64,000 bases of DNA from Christensenellales bacterium (GCA_051883415.1 JBJETR010000041.1:9642-73641), one strand, 5' to 3'; counted from the stretch's first letter, positions 1 to 10,990 are shown. Notes: generated by a model not told the origin, from the sequence alone. Made by a program: numbers and translations.

Positions 1-5
1 CAACC

Positions 6-2408
6 ATGACGGTGCAAGGCAACGTGAGCGACGATGCAGTGATAAAAGCCGTGCAAAAAATCGGCTACGACGCATCTATTAAAAGCGACAAGTCCGACAA
101 AAACACAAAAACAGACGACACTCATAAGCTAAAATCAACCTCCGACTCGCTACTCAAAAAGACAATAGTATCTCTACTGCTCTCCGCTATTTTGATGTAC
201 TTTTCTATGGGCTACGTTATGTGGGGATTTCCGCTTCCCGCAATACTTGCTTCCAACCCCGTGGCTATCGGGCTGATACAACTACTGATTTGCTCTAGCG
301 TGCTCGTAGTCAACCACGGCTTTTTCTCAAGAGGAATAAAGGGACTAATTCATCGTGCGCCCAATATGGATACCCTCATTTCGCTCGGTTCGTTGGCAGG
401 TTATATCTACAGTATAGTGGTGTTATTCTTGATGACAGATAGCCTTGTAAAGGGCGAGATTGACGTGGCAAATCATCATCTACACCAACTATACTTCGAG
501 TCATCGGCAATGATACTTGCCTTGATTTCGCTAGGCAAAACCTTAGAAGCGTATTCTAAGGGCAAAACTGCCGATGCAATATCGGGGCTCATCAAGCTTC
601 GGCCTTCTACTGCCACCCTGCTAAGAGACGGAAAGAGCGAAATCGTCGCAATCGACCAAGTTGCGGTGGGCGATATTTTTGCCGTCAAAGCGGGTGAAAG
701 TATGCCTGTAGACGGAGTTATAGTCAAAGGCTTTGCTTCGGTAGACGAATCGGCTCTCACGGGTGAAAGTATGCCCGTAGACAAACAAGTCGGCGACAAC
801 GTGTCGAGTGCAACTATCAATCTCAACGGATATATAGAATGCAAGGCAACGCGAGTAGGCAAAGATACTACTCTATCCTCGATAATAGCTATGGTCGAGG
901 ACGGCATGGCAACCAAAGCACCTATTGCCAAGCTCGCCGACAAAGTATCGGGCGTCTTCGTGCCGATAGTTATGTTGATAGCTTTAGTCACGACGTTAGT
1001 ATGGCTTTTTGTATCTCATTCCGTCGGCTCTTCCCTTGCCAGAGGCATATCGGTGCTCGTCATCAGTTGTCCATGCGCTCTAGGTTTAGCAACCCCCGTC
1101 GCCATTATGGTGGGCAGTGGTAGAGGCGCAAAGGAAGGAATCTTGTTCAAAAACGCTACTGCGCTGGAGACGTGTGGAAAGACGGCTATAGTTGCGCTTG
1201 ACAAGACGGGAACGCTCACCTACGGCAAGCCTACCGTCACCGACGTAATTGGTATGGCATGCAACGAGGACGAGCTGCTACAATACGCCTACTCTATCGA
1301 AAAATTTAGCGAGCACCCTCTATCCAAGGCAATCGTTGCCAAAGCTCAAGAGGGGCAAATCCAAGCTTTGCACGTGCAAGACTTTACAACGGTGGTAGGC
1401 GGCGGCGTACAAGCTACTAGCGAGGGCAAAATGCTCTACGGTGGCAATGCTCGCTTCGTCTCTCAATACGCCGAAATTACGCAATCCGTCAAAGACACTA
1501 TAGCTCGGCTCTCGGCACAAGGCAAGACTCCTCTTATCTTTGGCAAAGAGTCGGTAATATTGGGCATTATTGCCGTAGCCGATACTATCAAGCAAGATAG
1601 TGCCAAGGCTATCGCTCAATTACATGCGAGCGGTATACGAGTCGTTATGTTGACGGGCGACAACCAAGCTACTGCCGACAAGGTTGCCAAAGAGTGCGGT
1701 ATTGATACCGTCCTTGCCGACTTACTCCCTAACGACAAACTTGACGCCATCAACAGCCTCAAAGAGCAAGGCAAGGTGGCTATGGTCGGCGACGGCATCA
1801 ACGACGCTCCTGCTTTGACTTGCGCAGATATCGGCATTGCCATAGGCGCAGGAAGCGATATTGCCGTGGATAGTGCCGAAGTCGTATTGATGAAAGATAC
1901 CTTGCTTGACGTGCCAAAGGCTTTAAATCTCTCCAAAAGCACCCTCAAAATCATTCGTCAAAACCTATTCTGGGCTTTTATCTACAATCTAGTCGGCATA
2001 CCGCTTGCGGCGGGAATTTTGTCGCCTATAGGTCTTACTCTCAATCCAATGTTCGGCGCCTTAGCGATGAGTTTGTCAAGCACGTGCGTAGTGCTCAACG
2101 CTTTGAGGCTCAACGCCGTTTCTATAACTAACAAATCAAAAACCAATAAAAATGCAAAAAAATCTAATAAAAAAGAGGAAAAAATTATGAAAAAAACAAT
2201 AAAAATCGACGGTATGATGTGCTCTCACTGTCAAGCACACGTGACCGATGCTCTCAATGCAATTCAAGGCGTAGCAAGCGCCGACGTGGATTACAAGCAA
2301 GGCAATGCAATAGTCACCCTCAACGATAACGTGTCAGACGAGACGTTGACCTCAGCCGTTGAAAAAGAAGGCTACAAGGTTATCTCTATCAATCAACAAC
2401 TTGACTAA
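6..2408 (+). CDS. copA: Cu(+)-type P1B heavy-metal ATPase with C-terminal HMA domain (probably 5'-truncated by the window edge)
   Basis: TGES, CPC, DKTGT, SEHP, GDGIND, YN and MSLSS motifs; C-terminal GMMCSHC. Confidence 0.93.
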   Translation: MTVQGNVSDDAVIKAVQKIGYDASIKSDKSDKNTKTDDTHKLKSTSDSLLKKTIVSLLLSAILMYFSMGYVMWGFPLPAILASNPVAIGLIQLLICSSVLVVNHGFFSRGIKGLIHRAPNMDTLISLGSLAGYIYSIVVLFLMTDSLVKGEIDVANHHLHQLYFESSAMILALISLGKTLEAYSKGKTADAISGLIKLRPSTATLLRDGKSEIVAIDQVAVGDIFAVKAGESMPVDGVIVKGFASVDESALTGESMPVDKQVGDNVSSATINLNGYIECKATRVGKDTTLSSIIAMVEDGMATKAPIAKLADKVSGVFVPIVMLIALVTTLVWLFVSHSVGSSLARGISVLVISCPCALGLATPVAIMVGSGRGAKEGILFKNATALETCGKTAIVALDKTGTLTYGKPTVTDVIGMACNEDELLQYAYSIEKFSEHPLSKAIVAKAQEGQIQALHVQDFTTVVGGGVQATSEGKMLYGGNARFVSQYAEITQSVKDTIARLSAQGKTPLIFGKESVILGIIAVADTIKQDSAKAIAQLHASGIRVVMLTGDNQATADKVAKECGIDTVLADLLPNDKLDAINSLKEQGKVAMVGDGINDAPALTCADIGIAIGAGSDIAVDSAEVVLMKDTLLDVPKALNLSKSTLKIIRQNLFWAFIYNLVGIPLAAGILSPIGLTLNPMFGALAMSLSSTCVVLNALRLNAVSITNKSKTNKNAKKSNKKEEKIMKKTIKIDGMMCSHCQAHVTDALNAIQGVASADVDYKQGNAIVTLNDNVSDETLTSAVEKEGYKVISINQQLD

Positions 2409-2429
2409 TACTCGGCATATCAATATAAT
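2401..2429 (+). promoter_or_regulatory. sigmaA-type promoter for the chromate transporter pair
   Basis: TTGACT-N17-TATAAT. Confidence 0.6.
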
Positions 2430-2459
2430 GTAGTTGACGACAAACAACGGGAGCAAATA

Positions 2460-3227
2460 ATGAAGAAGATTCTCAAACTATTTTTGACTATGCTCAAAAT
2501 AGGCGCGTTCACTTTCGGTGGCGGATACGCAATGATTTCTTTGCTAGAAAACGAATTCGTATCCAAAAAGAAGTGGCTAAGCCACGAAGAATTTATGGAT
2601 TTGCTTGCCATTGCGGAGTCTACCCCGGGACCTATCGCCATCAACTCGTCTACTTATATAGGCTACAAGGTTGGCGGTGTTTTGGGCTCGTTTTTTGCGA
2701 CTTTGGGCATGTGTATCCCGTCATTTACAATTATATTCGTTATATCACTGTTCTTTGATAAGTTCCTCTCTCTTTCGATAGTTGCGGCGGCATTTAGAGG
2801 CATTCAAGCGGGCGTCGTGTTCCTTATACTGTCGGCGGGCTTAAAAATGCTCAAAAAACTACCAAAAACACCTTTTAATATAATAATGCTAGTGCTCGTT
2901 TTTGGTTGTATGACCACGCTCGGATTGCTCGCCGTCAACTTCTCTTCGATATTCTACATTTTGATATGCGCTGCACTCGGATTGCTAATATATTGCATCG
3001 GCTATATCAAAACCAAGCAAAAATCAAAAAAAGCCACTCAATCGGTGGGCACAGCGACGCAAAATAGCCAAGAGCAAACTAATAACACTGCCGAAGATAG
3101 CATTGACAATGCCGAGGCAAATCTATCTCAAAACTCCACCGTCGACGCTCCCGGTAGCGACTCGATTGAGACTAATACGACCAAAGAGACCGATTTAGTC
3201 CATGAGGACAAGGAGGATAAAGAATGA
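2460..3227 (+). CDS. chrA: Short-chain chromate transporter (CHR family) subunit with acidic C-terminal tail
   Basis: FGGGYAMI and ESTPGPIAIN motifs. Confidence 0.9.
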   Translation: MKKILKLFLTMLKIGAFTFGGGYAMISLLENEFVSKKKWLSHEEFMDLLAIAESTPGPIAINSSTYIGYKVGGVLGSFFATLGMCIPSFTIIFVISLFFDKFLSLSIVAAAFRGIQAGVVFLILSAGLKMLKKLPKTPFNIIMLVLVFGCMTTLGLLAVNFSSIFYILICAALGLLIYCIGYIKTKQKSKKATQSVGTATQNSQEQTNNTAEDSIDNAEANLSQNSTVDAPGSDSIETNTTKETDLVHEDKEDKE

Positions 3228-3802
3228 GTATCTACTTGCAACTTTTCCTCACTTTCCTCAAAATAGGCGCGGTATCCTTTGGCGGAGGCTATGCGATGAT
3301 TTCTCTCGTAAGAGAAACGTGTATTGCCAACGGCTGGCTAACGGAAGAAGAAATACTCAACTTTATAGCCGTATCAGAGTCTACTCCGGGACCTATCGCT
3401 ATCAATATGGCGACCTTTGTGGGCTCTTCGCAAGGCGGTATATTAGGCTCGTTTTTAGCTACCTTAGGCGTGGTTTTGCCGTCATTCGTCATAATCTTGC
3501 TGGTAGCTGCCGTAATGCGCAACGTACTCAAATACGCAGGCGTCAACCGCACTATCAAATCCGTACAACCAGCAATCGTTGCGATGATACTTTCCACCGC
3601 CCTAACGATGTTTTTGTCAAACGTCTTCAATCTCTCTAACGTATATTCTGCCTTTGAATTCGATTGGAAGTCGCTCATCATATTCGCCGTGGTGGCAATA
3701 GTTGCGGTTGCATACAAAAAGCTACGCAAAAAGAATATTTCGGCAATTTTGCTCATCGTCTTATCGGCAATTTTGGGAATGCTGTTTTTTGGAATCAAAT
3801 AG
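3224..3802 (+). CDS. chrA: Short-chain chromate transporter (CHR family), second subunit
   Basis: FGGGYAMI and ESTPGPIAINMATF motifs; 4-bp overlap with the previous gene. Confidence 0.9.
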   Translation: MSIYLQLFLTFLKIGAVSFGGGYAMISLVRETCIANGWLTEEEILNFIAVSESTPGPIAINMATFVGSSQGGILGSFLATLGVVLPSFVIILLVAAVMRNVLKYAGVNRTIKSVQPAIVAMILSTALTMFLSNVFNLSNVYSAFEFDWKSLIIFAVVAIVAVAYKKLRKKNISAILLIVLSAILGMLFFGIK

Positions 3803-3944
3803 CGTATTGGGCAAATATCCTCAATGCCATTTGCAATAAATAGCAATTAGAGCATATCTAGTTCCTATTTAGACCGTACGCCTTGCCATACTATCCAAGC
3901 AATTGCTTCCAATATAGTTATCTATACTATACTAAGTAACAATC

Positions 3945-3975
3945 AAAAAAGAGGCTCGACAATGGTCAAGCCTCT
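3945..3975. terminator. Intrinsic terminator between convergent chrA and GH3 genes
   Basis: A6-GAGGCTCGAC-AATG-GTCAAGCCTC hairpin. Confidence 0.6.
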
Positions 3976-4024
3976 ATATTTTTAAGATTACCTAAATTAG
4001 GCGTAAATATTGCCCCGTTCCATT

Positions 4025-6442
4025 TTACTGTGCCTTACGAGCTATGTTTTTGAGGATAGTAGCAAGTCCCTTGAAGAAGTGCCCGTTGCACATCATTACC
4101 AAGCCTTCCGCCATATAAGGATTGAGTGCGCCTTGCGAGGTATACGATACGTTTTTGACTCTCGAATATCTCATTGTCTCCACCATCATCACAAGCCCCG
4201 GATCGTCGGCAGGGCATCTCATACCTATTCTCATTCCAAACTTGACTAACGATAAGAAGAAACGTGCAAACTTGCTGGTCTGTTGCATCTCTTCAAAGGT
4301 GTTGTCCGTAGTAAACTGACCTTTGACAGGCAAAATCACTTGAGTATCAATCTTTCTTCCAAGCAAAGTCTCAAATTGCTCTTGAGGAATATCGTTGCCG
4401 TCAGGTTGATAATACCAAGCAAGCGCATCCTTTTGCCCTGCGTATTGCTCGTAGGTATCTCCCTTGATAGTAACGGTTTGTTTGAGCTTTTCGTCCGCAC
4501 TGCTACTTGCCACGATAATATCGTAGTCGGAGCCAACGACGTCAAAAGCGTTTTTATCGGTGATAAAACTGCTAAAGGCGTCCTTATCGAGCGACAACTC
4601 TACTCTAACGCTCTCTCCTGCCTTGACAAGCACCTTGTCGAAGGCTTTGAGTTCTTTGTTTGGCACAAAGATATTGTCGTTGTGTCTATGTACGTAGACT
4701 TGTACGATTTCTTTACCGTCCATCTTGCCGACGTTGCTTACGTTGAAGCTTATGCCTACTTTGCCGTCCTCGTCAAAGGTATTGTCCACCTTGAGGTCAC
4801 TATACTCGAATTTTGTATAAGACAAGCCGTATCCAAACGGATAAGCTACCGCCTTGCCTGCCGTATCAAAGTACCTATAGCCAACGTAGATACCTTCTCT
4901 ATATTGAGTCTTGACAAAGTCGCCGGACAAATCGTTGTAGGACGGAATGTCTTGCAATTCGAGAGGATAGGTCTCTGCAAGTTTTCCGCTTGGGTTTTGC
5001 TTACCGTACAAGAGGTCGTAGGTAGCCGTGCCCACGTTTTGACCGCCGAGATGCATCAAAAGTATCGATTTGACTTTGTCTCTAAACGGCATTGCTATTG
5101 GCGAACCCGTTGCTAGGACAACGATTACTTTGGCACCGCTGTTGGCAAGAGCGTCGATAAGTTGTAGGTGAGCTATAGGCATATCGATGTTCTTTCTATC
5201 GAAGCCCTCTGCCTCATAACTATCCGTCAAACCTGCAAATACTATGACCTTGTCCTTACCCTTAGCCATTTCTACCGCTTGGTCGATGAGCTTAGGATAA
5301 ATCTTGCCGGAATTGTTGATTTTGTAACCGCGAGCATAATCGTACTCTATGCCCTTTTGCTCCAAAACGTCAACGAAGCTCGTCAACTTAGTAGGATTGA
5401 TATGCGAACTTCCCGCACCTTGATAGCGAGGCTTTTTCGCCATTTCGCCCACAACGAGAATCTTGTCGTTATCCGACAACGGCAACGTTTCGTTTTTATT
5501 TTCTAATAGCACTGCGCCTTCTTTGGCAATCTCAGCCGACAAAGCATTGTGTTCATCTGCGTCATAACTATAATCTTTGGAATAGTCAGGCGTTGAGAAT
5601 ATGAGGTCCAGCATTCTATCTACGGCTCTATCGAGCACCTCTTCTTTAAGTGTGCCGTCTTTGACAGCTTGGGCTATAAGTACGTCGTTGTATCCGCCGC
5701 TTCCCGGCATCTCTAGTTCCAACCCTGCGTCGACGCCCTTTGGTCTATCGTTGGTTGCACCCCAGTCGGACATAACTATACCGTCGTAGCCCCATTCCTC
5801 TCTCAAAACGTCGTTGAGATACTTCTTGTTTTCACAAGCATAGACACCGTTGATTTTGTTGTAAGAACACATCAGAGTCTTTGGTTTTCCCTCTTTGACG
5901 GCGTATTCGAATGCTCTAAGATAGATTTCTCTCAACGTTCTCTCGTCAGCCTCGGCACTAACCGTCATACGACGAGTCTCTTGGTTGTTGGCAAAAAAGT
6001 GTTTGAGCGACGTTCCAACGCCGTTGCTTTGCACGCCTTGGATAAAACTTGCGGCAAGCTTTCCTGCTAGTAGCGGATCTTCGGAATAATACTCAAAGTT
6101 GCGTCCGCAAATGCTCGTACGCTTGATATTGACGCCCGGGCCCAAGACTATGCCGACCTTTTCTTTGAGGGCTTCTTCGCCAATAGCCCTACCCATTTTG
6201 CCTATCATTTCCCTATTCCATGTCGAAGCGCAACACGAAGCCGTAGGGAAACAAGTAGAAGCCGCAGACGTGTGCACCGAGTCGCCGTTGCCTTGTTTAC
6301 GCAAGCCGTGAGGTCCGTCCGTCATCATCACCGAAGGAATACCCAATCTCTCGATACCCTTGGTATGCCACATGTCAAGACCGCTACACATACCCGCCTT
6401 TTCTTCCAAAGTCATCTTGTCGATTATTTCTTGATATTTCAT
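4025..6442 (-). CDS. GH3 beta-glucosidase with Fn3-like domain
   Basis: DGPHG, GRNFEYYSEDP, KHF, MSDWGA and YPFGYGLSYT motifs. Confidence 0.93.
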   Translation of the reverse strand: MKYQEIIDKMTLEEKAGMCSGLDMWHTKGIERLGIPSVMMTDGPHGLRKQGNGDSVHTSAASTCFPTASCCASTWNREMIGKMGRAIGEEALKEKVGIVLGPGVNIKRTSICGRNFEYYSEDPLLAGKLAASFIQGVQSNGVGTSLKHFFANNQETRRMTVSAEADERTLREIYLRAFEYAVKEGKPKTLMCSYNKINGVYACENKKYLNDVLREEWGYDGIVMSDWGATNDRPKGVDAGLELEMPGSGGYNDVLIAQAVKDGTLKEEVLDRAVDRMLDLIFSTPDYSKDYSYDADEHNALSAEIAKEGAVLLENKNETLPLSDNDKILVVGEMAKKPRYQGAGSSHINPTKLTSFVDVLEQKGIEYDYARGYKINNSGKIYPKLIDQAVEMAKGKDKVIVFAGLTDSYEAEGFDRKNIDMPIAHLQLIDALANSGAKVIVVLATGSPIAMPFRDKVKSILLMHLGGQNVGTATYDLLYGKQNPSGKLAETYPLELQDIPSYNDLSGDFVKTQYREGIYVGYRYFDTAGKAVAYPFGYGLSYTKFEYSDLKVDNTFDEDGKVGISFNVSNVGKMDGKEIVQVYVHRHNDNIFVPNKELKAFDKVLVKAGESVRVELSLDKDAFSSFITDKNAFDVVGSDYDIIVASSSADEKLKQTVTIKGDTYEQYAGQKDALAWYYQPDGNDIPQEQFETLLGRKIDTQVILPVKGQFTTDNTFEEMQQTSKFARFFLSLVKFGMRIGMRCPADDPGLVMMVETMRYSRVKNVSYTSQGALNPYMAEGLVMMCNGHFFKGLATILKNIARKAQ

Positions 6443-6556
6443 AATTCTCCTAAGCCTTATATTTATATAATATAAGCGAAATATTTAGGTTATAATTTAT
6501 TGTAACATTTTAATGACTATTTTTCAATATGTTTTTGACAATATTTATTTTTCGCT

Positions 6557-7252
6557 CTAATCTTGCTTTTGATTGCCGGCTGCGGGCTTATACGCTTCCA
6601 ACTTATAGATAGGCAGACCTTGCGCAACAAAATTGGACTCATATTCCGTCATCACGTTGTCTACCGTTTGAGATGCATGCAGGTCGAGAGAAACGTCCCT
6701 TAGAATAAATCCCTCCTCCGACAACGTTTGGATAGAATATTCGAACAAGCCTCTATTGTCGGTCTTTTGTACGATTTTGCTACCCTCTTTCATCAATCCT
6801 AGATATATTTTCAAAAATTTTGGATTGGTAAGTCTATGATTGGCATAGGTCTTTTTTGGATAAGGACAAGAAAAGTTGAGGAAAATACCGTCAACCGTGT
6901 CATCGTCCAAAAAGCATTTGAGGTTTTCCGCACTTCCCAATACGAACTTTACGTTGTCAAGTCCTTCGCTCTTGGCTCTCTCACAAGCCGATACTATGAC
7001 GTTAGGCACTTTTTCAAGTGCAATAAAATTGTCACTCGGGTACTTTTTTGCCATTTCACACACAAAAGCACCTTTACCGCAGCCAAGCTCCAAAAACAAT
7101 CTTCCTGGCTTTGCAAATGCCTTGTCGATATCTATCTTAACTTGGTTTTTTCTTGCGGGATTGTAATAAAAGTCACTACCTTCTTTGACTATCAAATAGT
7201 CGTCTACAGCAGCCAATCTTTGTTCTAAATTTTTCTTTTTTCTCAATCTCAT
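6557..7252 (-). CDS. trmB: tRNA (guanine-N7)-methyltransferase
   Basis: LELGCGKG, NFSCPYPK, KTDN and MTEYE motifs. Confidence 0.92.
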   Translation of the reverse strand: MRLRKKKNLEQRLAAVDDYLIVKEGSDFYYNPARKNQVKIDIDKAFAKPGRLFLELGCGKGAFVCEMAKKYPSDNFIALEKVPNVIVSACERAKSEGLDNVKFVLGSAENLKCFLDDDTVDGIFLNFSCPYPKKTYANHRLTNPKFLKIYLGLMKEGSKIVQKTDNRGLFEYSIQTLSEEGFILRDVSLDLHASQTVDNVMTEYESNFVAQGLPIYKLEAYKPAAGNQKQD

Positions 7253-7298
7253 ATTCTCACCAAAAAATAATTATAATTTATTTTTGAAAAATTAAAAG

Positions 7299-9281
7299 TT
7301 ATGCAAGGCTAATTTGCTCGATACGCTTGATTACGTCTTGCATCTTTGGATGATTGGCTATATCGGGATAAGTTGCTATCAGTTTTTGTGCAAGCTCTTT
7401 GCAGTCTTGCAAGGTCTTTGACGTAACTTTGACAGCCGTCGTTCCGCTTTGGTTGAAGCCAAAAAAGTCACCGTAGCCTCTAATTTCTGCATCTTTTTCC
7501 GCAATAGCAAGACCATCGTAATTGTCCCTTATGACAGCCAAACGCTCTTGTTCGTTAGGATTGGCGGTATGCAAGAAGCAATACGATTGCATACCCGCTC
7601 TTCGTCCTACGCGACCTCTTAGCTGGTGAAGTCCCGCCAACCCGAATCTATCGCTATTTAGCACTACCATACAACTTGCTCTCGGACTATCCACGCCAAC
7701 CTCTACTATAGTAGTCGCAATCAGCACGTCAATATTGCCTAAGATAAATTCCTCCATTATGTCGCTCTTTTCTTCTTGCGAGAGTTTACCGTGCAATAGC
7801 GCAACTCTAAGCCCAGCCAATGCACCATCCTTGACTTGTTCGTATAGAGTTTTTGCTCCAAACACAGTCAGCCCGTCACAGTCCTCGATTGCCGGACAAA
7901 CTATATAACATTGCTGACCTTTATCCACGATTTGGCGAATAAATCCGTATAATTTTGGCAATTTTTCATTGCCGATTATATAAGTATGCACCCTTTCTTC
8001 TTCGCTCTTTCGACTCTCAAGCATAGATATTTTGACGTCGCCAAGTAGGCTAATTGCCAGCGTTCTAGGTATTGGAGTTGCACTCATCACCAACGTATCG
8101 ACGCCCATTGCTTTGGTCTCCAACTTACTCTTTTGTCTTACGCCGAATTTGTGCAACTCGTCTATGACAACGTATCTAAGCTTGGCAAATATCACTTTGT
8201 CACCGATGACTGCGTGCGTACCGATGAGAATATCGACTTTGCCGTCAGCACAATCAGCCAAAATACGCCTTTTTTCGCTACTACTAGTCGATGAAGTGAG
8301 CAATTCTATCCTTATATCAACGTCGTCTATCAACTCTTTTGCCGTGTCGTAATGTTGGCGTGCAAGTATCTCGGTCGGTGCCATCATTGCACATTGAAAG
8401 CCGCTCTTGACGACGTAGACCATGCTCAACAAAGCGACTACCGTCTTACCGCTACCCACGTCGCCAACCAACATTCTATTGGTCTTATCTTTGCCTTGAA
8501 GGTCGCTAACAATCTCTTTGAGCGACCTAAGTTGGCTATTGGAAAGGACGTACGGCAACCTTTGAATATAGCCCTCCAAGACGGAAAACGATGCGGTGTA
8601 CGGAGTTTCTTTGCTACGCACGGCGCAATCTCTAGTCAAATAATACGCCGTCATATCGAGAGTCAATCTCTCTTTTTGCATGCGATGAGAAGCTATATAA
8701 ACCTCTTGCATAGTCGACGGGAAGTGCAAGTCGTGCAACGCCTTGGCGTAGTCGGGATAGAGCAAGCCGTCAAGCAAACTCGACGTGTCACAATATTCAA
8801 GCGCTTGTTTGAGCATGCCCTCATAAGTCTTTGGACCTATCTTGCCTTTGAGAGGATAGACGGCAACCACGCCCGTCAAACGACTCTTGTCGCAGCTCTC
8901 AAAACTAGGATTGCTCATATATAGCTTGCCTTTGTCGTCAATCACCTTGCCCCATACTCTATATCTCTGTCCCTCAACTAAATTTTCTCTCAAATACGAA
9001 GCGTTAAACCAAGTGAGTTTCAACCTCGAACTATCGTCCTCGACCACTGCGGAAAAGACGTTGAAATTCCTACTCTTTCTAAAAAGTTTGCTAATGGATA
9101 CGATATTGCCTTCAACCAAGGCATAACTGCCTGCTTCTAAAGCGTAGATAGGAGTGGAGCGAGTCATATCGCAATACGATTTTGGAAAAAACTCAACCAT
9201 ATCTTGCACACTGAAAATGCCCAAGTCATTCAACTTGGACAAAGTCTTTGCTCCCACGCCTTTGATTTGCGACAATTCCAT
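7299..9281 (-). CDS. recG: ATP-dependent DNA helicase RecG
   Basis: GDVGSGKT, MAPTEILA, SATPIPRT and HQLRGRVGR motifs; synteny with fakA. Confidence 0.95.
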   Translation of the reverse strand: MELSQIKGVGAKTLSKLNDLGIFSVQDMVEFFPKSYCDMTRSTPIYALEAGSYALVEGNIVSISKLFRKSRNFNVFSAVVEDDSSRLKLTWFNASYLRENLVEGQRYRVWGKVIDDKGKLYMSNPSFESCDKSRLTGVVAVYPLKGKIGPKTYEGMLKQALEYCDTSSLLDGLLYPDYAKALHDLHFPSTMQEVYIASHRMQKERLTLDMTAYYLTRDCAVRSKETPYTASFSVLEGYIQRLPYVLSNSQLRSLKEIVSDLQGKDKTNRMLVGDVGSGKTVVALLSMVYVVKSGFQCAMMAPTEILARQHYDTAKELIDDVDIRIELLTSSTSSSEKRRILADCADGKVDILIGTHAVIGDKVIFAKLRYVVIDELHKFGVRQKSKLETKAMGVDTLVMSATPIPRTLAISLLGDVKISMLESRKSEEERVHTYIIGNEKLPKLYGFIRQIVDKGQQCYIVCPAIEDCDGLTVFGAKTLYEQVKDGALAGLRVALLHGKLSQEEKSDIMEEFILGNIDVLIATTIVEVGVDSPRASCMVVLNSDRFGLAGLHQLRGRVGRRAGMQSYCFLHTANPNEQERLAVIRDNYDGLAIAEKDAEIRGYGDFFGFNQSGTTAVKVTSKTLQDCKELAQKLIATYPDIANHPKMQDVIKRIEQISLA

Positions 9282-9352
9282 AGATTTATTCTACTACTTT
9301 CGGAGTGTTTTTTCAACAAAAAAAGAGCAAGTCTTACGCTTGCTCCCATCTA

Positions 9353-10981
9353 TTATTCTATTGCTATAAAGTAATGATAATGCGGTTGTCCGCCATAATA
9401 GCATTCGACTTCACAATCCTCGAATTTTTCTTGTATCTCTTCTTTGAGTTCTTCGGCTTGTTCTTTGTCGACGCCCTCGCCATAGTACAAAGTAATTATT
9501 TCGCTATCCTCATCGGCAAGCTTGTCAACAAGCGTCATCGCCGTATCTCTCACACTGTCTGACTTGGCAATTATCTTTTTGCCGTCGAGACCTATAATAT
9601 CGCCTTCCACAATATCAAATCCGTCAAGTTGAGTAGTCCTTACCGCCGTGGTAACTTGGGCACATTTCATATCTCTAAACGCCCTTTTCATCTCTTTTTC
9701 GTTGGCTTTGATATCCATCTCGGGATCGAATACCAACGCCGCACTGAGACCTTGAGCAACCTCTTTGGTTGGTATAACTACGCACTTTTTGGAAGTGAGT
9801 TCGCACGCCTTTTCTGCGGCAAGAATGATATTGCTGTTGTTAGGCAAAATTACTACGTTGTCGGAATTGATTTTTTCGATAGCGTTGAGAATGTCCTCTA
9901 CGCTTGGGTTCATGGTTTGACCGCCCTCGATCACTTCGTCTACGTACATATCCTTGAAGAGTTTGCTAAGTCCGTCGCCGGCACAAATCGCCATCATTGC
10001 AATAGGCTTTTTGTTGGCTTGACGTTGCTTTTGCAACTCTCTGTTTTGCTCAAGCATATTCTCAATCTTAACCTTGTCCAACTCGCCGAGTTGCAAAGCC
10101 CAATACAAGGCTCTGTTAGGTTGATTGGTATGCACGTGTACTTTGATAAGGTGTGTATCACCAATAGCAATAACGCAATCACCAATAGTCATAAGCTTAT
10201 CACGCAACTTTTCAACGTCTTCTTCAGTTACGTGCTTCTTGATATTGATAACAAAGTACTCGGTACAATATGCGAACTTGATATTGTCAAGGTCGTGTTC
10301 GTCGTCGCCGAAAGCGTCAAGTAGTGGCGCAGGGGTTGCCGCCATATCGCCCTCTTGTTCGGCAATCTCTTCCCCTTTGAGCACTTTGAGATAGCCCTCT
10401 AACACTGTAAGAAGTCCTCTACCACCCGCATCTACTACACCCGCTTTCTTGAGTACAGGCAACATCTCAGGCGTCTTTTGAAGGATTTCTTCACCCTTGG
10501 CGATTATTTGTTCAAAAAACGCGATAAAAGAAGAATTTTTGCTCGCTATGCTCATTGCATTTTCGGCAATAAATCTAATCACCGTCAAAATCGTGCCTTC
10601 CTTAGGCTTAGTAACGGCACTGTAAGCCACTTCTCTTGCACAAATAAATGCTTTGGCAAAGGCTTTGGTATTGAGTTGTTTCTCTTCACTCAGAGTCTTG
10701 CACATTCCTTTGACAATTTGGGACAAAATAACGCCCGAATTGCCTCGTGCCCCCTTGAGTGCGCCTCGTGCGAAAGCGTTGAAAAGGTCGCTTGGCTCGT
10801 CTATAACTACGTTTTGAATCTCTTTGACGGCAGATGCCATAGTCATGGACATATTAGTGCCCGTATCGCCGTCAGGAACAGGAAAAACGTTTAAAGAATC
10901 TATCATTGCTTTGTTGGCGCTGAGGTTTTTGTAACCGCCCTCGAACATCTCAGCCAACTTAGCGACGTCTAATATTTTCAT
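9353..10981 (-). CDS. fakA: DAK2-domain fatty acid kinase subunit A (YloV)
   Basis: LNVFPVPDGDTGTNM, GARGNSG and GGQTMNPS motifs. Confidence 0.93.
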   Translation of the reverse strand: MKILDVAKLAEMFEGGYKNLSANKAMIDSLNVFPVPDGDTGTNMSMTMASAVKEIQNVVIDEPSDLFNAFARGALKGARGNSGVILSQIVKGMCKTLSEEKQLNTKAFAKAFICAREVAYSAVTKPKEGTILTVIRFIAENAMSIASKNSSFIAFFEQIIAKGEEILQKTPEMLPVLKKAGVVDAGGRGLLTVLEGYLKVLKGEEIAEQEGDMAATPAPLLDAFGDDEHDLDNIKFAYCTEYFVINIKKHVTEEDVEKLRDKLMTIGDCVIAIGDTHLIKVHVHTNQPNRALYWALQLGELDKVKIENMLEQNRELQKQRQANKKPIAMMAICAGDGLSKLFKDMYVDEVIEGGQTMNPSVEDILNAIEKINSDNVVILPNNSNIILAAEKACELTSKKCVVIPTKEVAQGLSAALVFDPEMDIKANEKEMKRAFRDMKCAQVTTAVRTTQLDGFDIVEGDIIGLDGKKIIAKSDSVRDTAMTLVDKLADEDSEIITLYYGEGVDKEQAEELKEEIQEKFEDCEVECYYGGQPHYHYFIAIE

Positions 10982-10990
10982 ATATCTCCA

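Noticed and set aside
4283-5116. 277-aa ORF opposite GH3, and similar shadows opposite ligA, rsmB and fakA
   Set aside because: Antisense frames of conserved genes with no independent signals
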